64,000 nt of DNA, taken from Phoronis australis (taxonomy: Eukaryota; Animalia; Phoronida). Under the pieces are notes generated by a model, which made no database searches, was not told where the DNA came from, and was given only the letters and a program-made list of their open reading frames with translations. The DNA lies in NCBI GenBank assembly GCA_002633005.1, contig NMRA01000606.1:1-64000 (forward strand). Direction: 5' to 3'. Within the stretch, counting starts at the first letter, position 1; the number at the start of each line of letters is the position of its first letter. Shown piece by piece: positions 1 through 12,200 of this stretch. The translations under genes were made by a program, and so were the position numbers.

Positions 1-85
1 CCCCGACTTTTTCAAGGCCGGCTGCGCGCATGTTTCGGCCCGTAAAAATTTCCGCGTTTTTCTCCATTTGCCATTCCAAGCCCTG
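1..85. mobile_element. Right end of a CAGGGCTTGGAAT-TIR MITE (related to 48085-48590)
   Basis: Ends in attccaagccctg with subterminal sequence similar to 48530-48590; truncated by the window edge. Confidence 0.65.
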
Positions 86-89
86 ATGG

Positions 90-2331
90 ATACATACTGT
101 TATAAATGAACATACAAACCCACAAAGGAGCATTTTTCCAGGTTTACTTAATGTCAGAATCAGTCTCAGTATGTTGATTGTGCCTTGTCATAAGGGTCTC
201 AGAATTTAGAGTTCTGTAATAAGAATAGCCACTTACTGGAATACCACGAGATACCCACAATCCTCTGCTCACGTAGGACACTCGCCCACAGAGACTGTAC
301 ACTGCTCAGCTGTTCTAGTTATCATTTATGAATTCCTAACGTAAATAAAATGTTTTACTGTTGCATAATTATAGAGTTCAGCTACTGTCTCACGGCTAGA
401 AAAAAATAGCCAAAGCACATGCCCTCGTTTAAAATGCACAACAATATCTCGCATAAAATCTTGCGAAGTCTTGCTTTTCTAGTGAGCTCCGCTAGTGTTA
501 TTGAACTCTACCCTGAAGCTGAGGGCCTGTGTGAGTTAAAAGAGATTCTAACCTTGCGCAGAATTTTTGGGCCTGATGAAGTACTAAATATCTAAATATT
601 TTCAAGAGGAGACTGGGGTTAATATAATCGCTTTTGTTTGATTTTCTATGGCTGCAAAAGAGGATTGTTGGAGCTGGGATGTGGGTATTGGTTTCATGAA
701 GAGGTCACGTGTGGCCAGGAAATCGTTCCAGTATTGGACTCCATTATGTTCCCTAGATTTTCATCCTATTGGTGGACTTTGTTTATTCTATAATATTAAG
801 TTTTCTAACACTATATATCTTGAGTGTGAGGGCTGCTTTTACTAATGACAATGGAAATCGTGTCTTTATTTATAACAATGAAAATTAATAAGGACACAAG
901 TACTGAAATGTGAAGTCGCCACATGTGGTTTATTATCATGTATCCTATTTAAAGCTTGCGTTGCCATGGAGATATAATGTAGGTCCTGAGAAAGGACAAC
1001 CAGTGGTTTCACAAAATCCACAAAGGCAGTGAAAGTTTAGGTAACATTGCCATGGTAACACTGGAATTGTTACATTCAAAACATCCACAGAGGCTCAAGC
1101 TTAGAAAAAAAATTGTCGTACAGGTGGAAATTTATTTTCTGTCATTGCATGAAAACTTGTGATACATTTTGCTATGCTAATTAACCTTATTAATTAAAAA
1201 ACTAGCCTGTTATGCAGCTGTAAGTACAAAGAAATGTCCCTTTTATGCTTGCTAGAGTGTTCTGTACTCTACAGCCTTCTTACAGACTATAGACTTGATA
1301 TACAGCCTAATGGTGAAATACAATCTGTTTACATAGTGCTACAAAATCACTTCTTGCCCTAATTTATATTTGATTTTTTTTCTAATTCTTAAACAAACAC
1401 CTTGGTCTCAGTACATCAGTGCATGATGTTGAGTTTGAACAAGTCTGAAGCTGTCAGTGGTTTTTGATTGATGACCTGGGGTTTACCTGTGTCTTAGAGT
1501 CAGGCTGCAAACTTGTACTCAAGTACTGCAATATACCCATAGTATTTTTACCAGTATTTTCGTAATGGTAAATACTGATAAAGGTGATATTGTTGTTACT
1601 GTATTGGCATTTACTATTATTTAATGAACAGAGACATCAGTTTTATATCAGTCCAAAGAAAATTAGGCTATGCATGATACTGTTATGTTCAAAAATGTAC
1701 ATTTTGTTGGGTTTTGGTGTACAGTCACTCAACCCATTTTTAGAGAACTGGAGCCTTTGTCTATCCGAACATCAAAAAAGACATCACTCACTGGTTTGTT
1801 ACTAAGTCTTGTCTTGAAATACCTGAATGAACTCAATCATGTGAAGACACAACGTTTGTACATTATTTATTTCCGCTACCACACCTAGAGGTATTTCAGA
1901 TAAAGACACTGTCAAAATTCCTATTTTGTTACTAGTAAAATATATACTCATTCTTAATGTTACACTGCCTACTTCAGAGTTGTAATGTTTCAATACTTTG
2001 TATTCAACTGCATGGGGATTTTCTCTCTAATTGTCTTTCTCTCTCTTGCCACATGACTTGCTTGCAAATTGGCATGCTAAGAGGTCAAGCCCTGAGTTTG
2101 AATGACAGTCATAGATTTCAAGGTACCTAAACTACACGGACAACGGACTCATAAACATGGGAACGGACTCACAAAACACGATCCATGCACCATGCAAATA
2201 CACGGGACACGGACTCATATTCACGAGGAAACACAGTTAACGGACCGCCAAACACGGTTTACTGACAAAATGAATATGTCAGCTGACCCAGGAAGCCGAT
2301 GAGTCCGTGACCCGTGTTTGGCGGTCTGTTA
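90..2331 (+). repeat. Duplicated segment copy A (matches 4344-7154)
   Basis: Collinear and highly similar to 4344-7154 apart from insertions; the copies are separated by an N at 2429. Confidence 0.9.
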
Positions 2332-4343
2332 CAGGGCTCGACATAACGAGTTGCAGGTCGCATTTGCGACCTGAAATTTGGAAATGCGAGCTGAGATTTT
2401 TGTCAGCTCGTATCAAGTCGCAAAATGCNCGGCATTGCTGAGTATAGGCCCTGGTGTATTTTTACATAAGACGTTTGGTTTCCCCAACTTATATACGGAA
2501 ATCGCTGTTAATACTTCCCAAAATTATTTACCCTTGCTGCAAGTAAGGCATCACCTCGGGTAAAAATAGAACAATAATAATTAGCAATGTAACAGTCAAC
2601 ACAATTAAACACACAGCTGAAATGCCTTTAAAACTATATTAAGTAATACAAAAAACATGGTCTGTAATTTAAGATCACTTTTCTTTTTTGTCTCAAAACT
2701 ATCAACTGAAGGCAGTAACATGGACAAGAACTGAAGGCAAGGTCCTGTGGAAAGTAGATATCGAACTCCGGGTCGGAAACACTTATCAGGTTCCAAGCCC
2801 GTTGCATCGGACTCCAGGTCCTGTATTCTTGTTAGCCTACCCCTAGGACCACAAGGAGCAACGAATACCAAATCTGATTCAACTGACTTGTCATTTTTCG
2901 AAATGATTGGTGGAGGATTTTCTTAGCCGCCGCAGACAGAGAGTGCCACAGGGTTCCGTGTGTCCTTGTCGGGATTCATCTCAATCTCGGGACACCATGG
3001 AGTTCAGGGTGTTGTACTTCAGACGGTACAGGGTGTGAATTAACAAGACCACAAGTACACAGACCAGTGGATGAGCAAGCAAAATTGGGTCGCCGCAAGT
3101 TTAATCTTTTTTAGGTTTACATCTGGGGTAAAGCTAGTAACGCTAGAACTTCGCTAAAAAGCAAGAATTCATGAAATTACCTGATGTATTGTGTTTTTGA
3201 ATTGAAAGCGTGATTTTGGCTAGATTTTTGTATTTCCCAAGACAGCTACTGAACTCTACCCTAGTCTAGAATCTCACGAACACGCTAGACTGAAGACGTC
3301 AAGACGTTTGGTGAGGCATTGCAAACGAAGCACACGATCACACTATCTTCTTTAGCGAGATTCTTGCATCTGCGATGCTTATCAGAGAGAAACAGACAAT
3401 TTGTAAGGGTAATGAAACGTGGTTACGTGGATTTACATTAGTTTTTGATATGTGTTATAGCACATCGGCGCTTACACAACATGCAATGTCTCTGCAACAA
3501 CTGCGTGTGCGCCGCGCCCCTTTCTGAGTGCTGGGCCTTGCACTATGTTTGATTTTTAACCAGCTTTACTTTGGCTCCGTCTCATTCGGCTGTTGCTGTT
3601 CACTATCTACACTACTTTGAACGTGCGATATCCTACGGACAGACTTAGCTGTGGCCTGTTGTGAATGGGGGCCTAAACAAAAAATATTTCCCATCACGTC
3701 AAGTATAAAATCGGGACACGTCGCCGGAGATTTTAGCCACTAACAAGGGCATTTGGAAAGGCCAGGACGTTTTAAAAATAAAAACGTTTCGTAAACACGC
3801 AAGTTGATGTCAGGCGTGCAAGTTCAATGTCACAGTCCGAAGTCGAACAACACGGTCTAATTAAACCAGAGCACATGTTACGCTACAACGAAAAACTGCA
3901 GCCTTCGGTGTATTTCCCATTTGTATTTTCATCAGAAATTTTCGTCATGCGGGACTCGGTGACTCTTTCCATAGCTAAAGCGCCAAACACAAGCTAAACG
4001 CAAGACAATCGAGTAACGGTCACGACATCGTCAAGACAAGGTAAAAATTACAAAGCCCGTTACACCAATTCTCAGATTCAAACCTTATGGAGTAGTAATC
4101 ATCCGTTGAACGCTTTAGTGATACGGGAGTTGCGTCGATCCCAAATTAGCGTTTCTAAAATTTTCCTTGTCCGAAAGTCGCGGGGCAAAAATCCGACGTT
4201 TATGACATTGTCCGAAGTTCGAAGATCATTAAAAACAGTTTTTGGACCTTGTACGAATTTCGTGGACTATGAAAAACTGATTTCGGAAATATTTATTCTT
4301 GGTCGAAAATGGCGGGCCGTCCGAAAATCACGCGACTTTACCG

Positions 4344-7154
4344 TACATACTATGTTATAAACAAAGATACAAACCCACAAAGGAGCATTTTTCCAGGTTT
4401 ACTGAATGTCAGAATCAGTCTCAGTATGTTGATTGTGCCTTGTCATAGGGGTCTCAGAATTTAGGAGTTCTGCAATAAGAATAGCCACTTATTGGAATAC
4501 CACAAGATACCCACAATCCTCTGCTTCCGTAGGACACTCTCCCACAGAGACTACACTGCTCAGCTGTTCTAGTTATCATTTATGAATTTCTAACGTAAAT
4601 AAAATGAATTGTAAATTTGCATGGGGGGAGTGTAAACAATGGTATGGCATGAGGGTTTTTGGAGTGAATAAAACCTGGATAGAGTTCAGCACCTGTCTCA
4701 CGGCTAGAAAAAAATAGCCAAAGCACATGCTCTGGTTTAAAATGCACAACAATATCTCGCATAAAATCTTGCGAAGTCTTGCTTTTCTAGTGAGCTCCGC
4801 TAGCGTTGTTGAACTCTACCCTGAGATTTTAACCTTGTGCGGAATTTGTGGGCCTGATTAGGTAAATATCTATATATTTTCCAGAGGAGACAGGGGTTGA
4901 TATATTCACTTTTGTGTGATTTCTTATCTTTTTCTATGGCTGCAAAAGAGGATAGTTGGATCTGGGATGTGGGTATTGGTTTCAGGAAGAGGTCACATGT
5001 GGCCAGGAAATCGTCCCAGTCGGGACTCCATTATGTTCCCTAGATTTTCATCCTATTTGTGGACTTTGTTTATTCTATAATATTAAGTTTTCTAAAGGCC
5101 CTTTCATATTGACTTAACTCCGGTCTGAGCGGAGCGTCGACGTAAACAGCGCAGTTAACTGGACCGTTCATACTGGCTTCGGTAGTTGATGACCATCGAA
5201 GTAAAGGGTTGGTGACCCTGACGTCATCGAAGTTATCGCAAGGTAGCGCTGCACGCTAAGATTTTTTTCACTGTGACAATTTGGAACATTTAAATGTGCT
5301 AAATGACATAAAACTCATTTTTAAATCGATTGGTTATCATTAAACCCAAAAATAAGTAGTTATTAGTGACGGCACTACTCTGTAACTGTTGATGATAACA
5401 GTGGCACCTGGCGATAACTTCGGTTGGACCGGAGTTAAGCGTTCATACTGCACCGCAGCGTCGACGCTGCGGTCTTAAATCCACCTATTAACTGCGATGT
5501 TAACTGGATAGCTCTTAACTGCGATCCAGGACCGGAGTTAAGCATTCATACTGACCGCAACTCCCCAAACCATCGACGCGTCGACGTTAGTATGAAAGGC
5601 CCTTAACACTATATAACTTGAGTGTGAGGGCTGCTTTTACTAATGACAATTTTTACATCTGGAAACCTGTGTCTTTATTTATAACAATGAAAATGAATAA
5701 GGAGGTAAGTCCTGAAATGTGAAGTCTCCACATGTGGTTCATTATCATGTATCCCATTTAAAGCTTGCGTAATTGCCATGAAGATATAATGTACCTCCTG
5801 AGAAAGGACAACCAGTGGTTTCACAAAATCCACAAAGGCAGTGAAAATTTAGGTAACATTGCCATGATAACACTGGAACTGTTACATTCAAAGCATCCAC
5901 AGAGGCTCAAGTTTAGAAATACATGCAACTAAAAATTTTGTTGTACAGGTGGAAATTTATTTTCTGTCATTGCATGAAAACTTGTGATACATTTTGCTAT
6001 GCTAATTAACCTTATTAATTAAATAACTAGTCTGTTATGCAACTGTAAGTACAAAGAAATGTCCATTTTATGCTTGCTAGAGTGTTCTGTACTCTACAGC
6101 CTTCTTACAGACTATAGACTTAATATAGAGCCTAATGGTGAAATACAATCTGTTTACATAGTGCTACAAAATCACTTCTTGCCCTAATTTATATTTGATT
6201 TTTTTTCTAATTCTTAAACAAACATCTTGGTCTCAGTACATCAGTGCATGATGTTGAGTTTGAACAAGTCTGAAGCTGTCAGTGGTTTTTGATTGATGAC
6301 CTGGGGTTTACCTGTGTCTTAGAGTCAGGCTGCAAACGTGTACTCAAGTACTGCAATATACCCATAGTATTTTTACCAGTATTTTCGTAATGGTAAATAC
6401 TGATAAAGCTGATATTGTTGTTACTGTATTGGCATTTACTATTTTTCAATGAACAGAGACATCAGTTATATATCAGTCCTAAGAAAATTAGGCTTTGCAT
6501 GATACTGTTATGTTCAAAAATGTACATTTTGTTGGGTTTTGGTGTACACTCACTCAACCCATTTTTAGAGAACTGGAGCCTTTGTCTGTCCGAACATCAA
6601 AAAAAGCATCACTCACTGGTTTGTTACTAAGTCTTGTCTTGAAATACCTGAATGAACTCGGTCATGTGAACACTCAACGTTTGTACATTATTTATTTCCG
6701 CTACCACACCTAGAGGTATTTCAGATTAAGACGCTGTCAAAATTCTTATTTTGTTACTAGTAAAATATATACTCATTCTTAATGTTACACTGCCTACTTC
6801 AGAGTTGTAATGTTTCAATACTTTGTATTCAACTACATGGGGATTTTCTCTCTAACTGTCTCTCTCTCTTGCCACATGACTTGCATGCAAATTGGCATGC
6901 TAAGAGGTCAAGCCCTGAGTTTGAATGACAGTCATAAATTTCAAGGTACCTAAACTACACGGTCAACGGACTCATAAACATGGGAACGGACTCACAAAAC
7001 ACGAGCCATGCACCATGCAAATACACGGGACACGGACTCATATTCACAAAGGAAACACAGTTAACGGACCGCCAAACACGGTTTACTGACAAAATGAAGA
7101 AGTCAGCTGACCCAGGAAGCCGATGAGTCCGTGACCCGTGTTTGGCGGTCCGTT
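4344..7154 (+). repeat. Duplicated segment copy B (matches 90-2331)
   Basis: Same sequence as copy A plus a 508-bp MITE. Confidence 0.9.
5096..5603. mobile_element. PIF/Harbinger (Tourist-like) MITE, 508 bp
   Basis: TAA target duplication at 5093-5095 and 5604-5606, confirmed by the empty site ttttcTAAcacta in copy A (about 806). 18-bp TIR with 15/18 match (aggccctttcatattgac / gttagtatgaaaggccct). Internal gaccggagttaa repeats. Confidence 0.85.
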
Positions 7155-7336
7155 AACCATGTTTTTTCGTGAATAGGAGTCTGTGTCCCGTTTATTTGGA
7201 TGCAAGGATTGTACTGTTTTGTGAGTCCGTTCCCGTGTTTGTGAGACAGTGGAGGGTGTTTGCAGGTCCGTTAGTCGTGTTCATGCGTCCGTGTCCGTGT
7301 TCATGAGTTTGTTGACCATGTAGTTTAGGTACCTTG
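6942..7336. mobile_element. Foldback-type MITE with long imperfect inverted arms
   Basis: caaggtacctaaactacacggtcaac.. / ..gttgaccatgtagtttaggtaccttg; arms pair over most of the length; candidate 5-bp TSD GATTT. An interrupted copy starts at 2119. Confidence 0.8.
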
Positions 7337-8398
7337 GATTTGGCTGATGAGAATAGCTTTGACCACACCAAAGCCACTAGTACCAGATATGTAAGGGGAC
7401 AGTTCAGTACACTGAGCTAGATTTTATATTGCCTCACTAGTTACCGGTATTTAGCTCCTCATGAACATGTCTGTGTGTTTAGACTGGAGTAGTCTAAGCA
7501 TTTAGTCTTATTTCTAGATAACAAAAATTATGGTTGTTCATATTTTCTGAAAGCAAAAAAACCTGTAGACCCTGTTATGCACCCGCATATTTACATGTGG
7601 GCACATCATTGAATGTGGTCATCTCTGTCCAACATCCATTGCTGTATCTGCGCAACTGTGTGCTGAATTGTTGTCAAAATTGGCAGTTGTATAAATTTGG
7701 ATGGAGGTAACAACAGATGATCACGATGTTCGAACGGATCGTACTATCGATGTGCCTCCTAGTGGCAATTTTATTTTTTCTGTTTTCCTCTCTGGCTTTG
7801 GAGTTCCTTGATGGATTTTCATGAAATTTGGCAAGTACTAAGTAGGCCTCAATTAAAAAGGTGATGGCACCTGTTTGTTTTTAGATGCATTTGACATAGT
7901 ATACGCCTCCTAGTGGTCAGTTTTTATTATGTTTGAGTCTGTTTTTGACGTACATTTCTCTATCAGCCATTCAAGAATTGCATTGGTAAATGTGTTCTAC
8001 TGAGAAGAGCATGACTGATGATTATTGGTCAGTTTTCACTATTGTAGTGCTCTCTAGCGGCAGTTTGCTTTTTTGCATCAACAGCTGTTTCTCCCTGCAG
8101 GGTCTTTTTTGGGAATTTGGCAAGGATATTTCTATGACTGTGACAACAGATGATGACGTTTGTACGTATCTGACAAACCACTTAATGCCCGCCAGTGCCA
8201 GTTTTAATTTTTTCAGATCTTGACACGCATGTTCCTGTTGAGTACAGCATAACTGACTTGCTATATGCACTTACTAGTCTATTTTAAGTTAACTAGCATT
8301 GCTCTATTTAGTTTAAATATTTGAAATAGTAATCATCCCCCATCTGTGCTACATGCTATGCACTAAGTGGGTCCATATCAAGGCTTTTCTTCTTTTAA

Positions 8399-8481
8399 CT
8401 CAGTACCGGTCTGCCAGTAGGTGGGGTACGTAACGGTGTCTCAGTACCGATGTGCCAGTAGGTTGGGTACGTAACGGTGTC
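8399..8481 (+). repeat. 41-bp tandem duplication (2 copies)
   Basis: ctcagtaccggtctgccagtaggtggggtacgtaacggtgt x2 with a few mismatches. Confidence 0.85.
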
Positions 8482-9015
8482 TTTTTCAGCAAGAGAAGGC
8501 TAAATTCAAACCAAACTGTGGTATCAATAACATAACCAAATTCTTTTCAAGTGTTGTGTATAAGTAACAAAAACGGTGCTACAGTTTTCTGAAAGGTCTT
8601 TTTTTGTTTGATGAAAATTTCTTTTCATGAAAATCACAATATTCCTACTTTGATTACCCGTCATTTAAAAATGGAACATTTGAAAACTACCGGTATTCCT
8701 ATCAACATTTTGATGAACAGTGCGTAAAGCATAGGGTAGTATGTGAAATTTGCACATGAATTCGAGCAACCATTCTCAGGTCCAACAAAAGCATAGAAAT
8801 TTTAGTTAATTTATTTCCACTGAGCCTTGCCCAGCAAATGCTTATTGTGGTTGGACTTTCAAGGCATCCATCACAATTTTGAAAATGTGCGTGGACCTAC
8901 ACCTTTTAAGATTTTGTTGAGATTTAGCCAGAATAGAAATGGTTTCTGGTGAATAAAATGGAATGTTGTGCGTCCAAAATTGGGTAAGAATTGTCAGTGT
9001 ACTATTGATAGTGAA

Positions 9016-9034
9016 AATAGTAATGATAATGATA

Positions 9035-9072
<38 letters not shown>
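9016..9072 (+). repeat. (AAT)n microsatellite
   Basis: aat/gat/agt triplets about 35 nt upstream of the RRM3 exon acceptor. Confidence 0.9.
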
Positions 9073-9108
9073 TATATGATAATATCATCAGTACTCTTTG
9101 TTTTTCAG

Positions 9109-9289
9109 GTGAAGATTTTGTATGTTCGTAATTTAATGCTGTCTACGACTGAGGAAACCATTGAGCAGGCGTTCAATGCGACCGTGGGGAAAGAAAACGC
9201 AGTGGAACGTGTTAAGAAAATCCGTGACTATGCCTTTGTCCACTACAGGGAGCGTGAGGACTGTTTGAAGGCTATCAAGAGAATGAATG
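9109..9289 (+). CDS. A1CF: A1CF-like exon (RRM3)
   Basis: tttttcag|GTG AAG ATT..AAT G|gtaag; [51 protein letters not shown]. Confidence 0.93.
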
Positions 9290-12200
9290 GTAAGATGGTC
9301 TGATACATTTTCTGTGGGTTTAGTTGTCTGTGACTGTAGCAAAACAATGTCTAGTCATGTAGAACAACTGTTTTTGATGGCGATTTTTTACGTTAGCCCT
9401 GGAAGCTTGCCGTGAGTCCTCTGTCATACAGCAAGATTTATTTTTAATTATACGCCTTTGGTGTATACTCCTTATTCACCCAGTCACCATTTGAATAATG
9501 AGCCTTTTTTGGTTTTAAAGACGATGCATTCTGCGCTTAATCACAGCGCAAAGCGTTATTTTTTCACGGGCCTCATTTCATTTATGACTCAAATGCATTG
9601 TTTTTTCAACCTAAAAGTGGCTTGCCACTAACTAAAATGGTGACTACGTGAATGAGGTGTATTGAAATTACTGGTGGCCTTTGGCTGATGAGATAAGCTC
9701 ACTCACGTTTGCCAAGGTTTACGGAGGTGAACCTTCCTACATGACAAATTGACCTCACTCGTATCATATGGGTGGGATTTAAAGCATTTTCATGTTATTT
9801 GGCCTGAGTGCCGTTTGCCTGAGCAAGGCCACCGTTCGGAAAGCCCATCCTGACTTTACAAAAATTTTATTTCTAAAAATCCGTCCTTGCCAATAGCTGC
9901 CATACCCCAGATTTTTTGATTTCCAGGTTTTATCGCCCTAGGCGTTTACTGGTAGGGTGCAGTATGCGAACCTTTCCAGAGATGCAGAGATGATGTTTGT
10001 GTCGTGTCTTGAAGGAGATCCAATGTGCACCTCTGCATACCAGTGACACTATAAATGATATTAGTCATTGCCAAAACTAGAAGCCTCATTTTTTATAGGT
10101 TCCCAGATTGAAGGTTCTAAAATAGAAGTCGTCCTTGCCAAGCCTGTAGATAAGACAGATTACATTCGCTACACGCGTGGAGGGGGAAGGGGCGTCTACC
10201 CTCAGGTGAGTACAAACAATTACATAATGGCACTTTTCTTTTGGTAAAATAGATAAAATTGACCCTTTCTCATTTGGAAATGGCTCCTTTAAATGTTGTC
10301 AATGCCCATAATTTGTCAAAACTTTGATTATAGTTATGGGTCTGAAGTTGAACATGGGAACGCGTTAATTTGGTGCTACGTGAATTTCATGGAAGAAGTG
10401 GGAAAACAAAATGTTCTTGTTGGCCATATTATGCAATAAATAGGTGCAATTTTATTGGTCACTGTGATTTGTGTGGTATTGTAAAATCATTTCGCAGCAG
10501 TGGCTGAAAATTCCTTTATTTCAGCCTCCAGCTTCGTTAACGTGTTATTTCTGAGTAACTGAGTGAAAGTTGAAGGTTTTGGTGCCTACTTCACCATGTT
10601 GAATGACTTGGCCCAGTGTTAGTAATAAGTTACATTTCTCCTTTGTTTATTAATGTCATGAGAGGAAAAATTATTCATATCACACGTTTTTGTATATTAT
10701 TGAACTACAACTTGTCTATAGTTGCTGCACAAGTTTACTTGGTATTTACAGAATATGTTACACAATTTATCATAAAATATTTTTGTACTATTTCATATTA
10801 ACCATATGAATGGTATGATATTATATTCATATTAACTGATGATATAATATAATTTTTCATGCAAGGTTTATCATCAGTCGTCATTTATGAGGATTTTTTA
10901 TCACTGAGCTATGATAAATGATCAAGAGAGGGTTGTCCATGAATGTTGATCATTTATCATTAGCGTGATGGTCACATGAGCCTGATGCTTGTTTATCATT
11001 TCAAGCAAAATGGGTGTGTGTGTTGAAGATGTGCCTGTATAAAGGTAAAACACCTGAGCAAAAATGGAGGAACAGCTTTTTAAAGAAGCGTGAAACGTGA
11101 CTTGTATATTACAAAATGGTAGATGTTGACCTGTGATCAAACATGAAATGAACTACAAAAGACACACTAGAGACACCTTTGAATGAAAGCAGAGACTGCA
11201 CTGGTAGAATCGCTGGCAACCAAACACGTGCTAATGATTGACAGATCTTCTAAATGGTTGGAAAATAGTTTGAACATTGCAACATTTTATATACATTGTA
11301 TATTTCTTTCTGAGTTGAAAGGAGCAACTTCTTTCTTAAACAGTCGCCCATCTTTCATTAACTGGGAGTCCTAGTAATCTTACAATGTGGGTGTCCAAAC
11401 TTAAGAAATTCTGATTGACAGTGGGCGTCCAAATGATACATTGGCTGTCCTTGCCAGGGTGTCCAGATTAGTGGCAGGGCCTCCATTTGGAGTTACGCTG
11501 CATGAAGGCCTGTATTGTAGCAATAATGTAGTTTTCGGACAAAGTATGGGGGGCAGGCGTAATTTCAATTTGTCACATTTCTCAACAAATATAACTTTTC
11601 AGGGAAATTAACTTTAAATTAGTTTTAGTATAGTGATAACCAAACAATATTTGGTATCATTTTGAGCATTTGCAGTAAGGTGATAGGCCTCTAAAAATAT
11701 AAATATGGCAATTTAAACAATTATTTTTATCCCCAAGTTCAAGAATGTTTACTTTAGTATGAAAAATTGTACTTTAACTAGTTCTGCTTGCTGAAATTTA
11801 TATTGAAACAGTCGATATACTTTGACCGTCTTCTGTGTGTTTGAGGTTCATGACAGTGATTCTTATCTATTATAGGCGTACAATCCATTTGGTTTTGAGC
11901 AGAATCCCTTTGGTGCAACCTACTATGGACCTCCATTTGCTGCAGCGGTCCCTGGTGGAAGGTACTGTGATTTTCAAACTGGACAATGTTGATTATTGAC
12001 AACGACCAGAAGTGTGAAATTGTCTCTGTCAGACTAAAAGATACAGCATCTTGGGTCCAATATAGTCTAATTAACTTTGACTATATTCTATGATCAACGT
12101 ATTAAAAAACAAAAGTTTTGGCTTGGTTTTTCAGACTTGGCCAATTAAGTCAGTGAGTCATTTGATGCTTTTAAACTGCTATTTTTTTGCTCTGATCGCA

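Noticed and set aside
1584-1888. Paired ORFs repeated at 6415-6713
   Set aside because: The similarity comes from the segment duplication; no domain or splice support.
8968-9108. Poly-Asn N-terminus in ORF 8968-9303
   Set aside because: It is an intronic (AAT)n microsatellite upstream of a clear acceptor at 9108.
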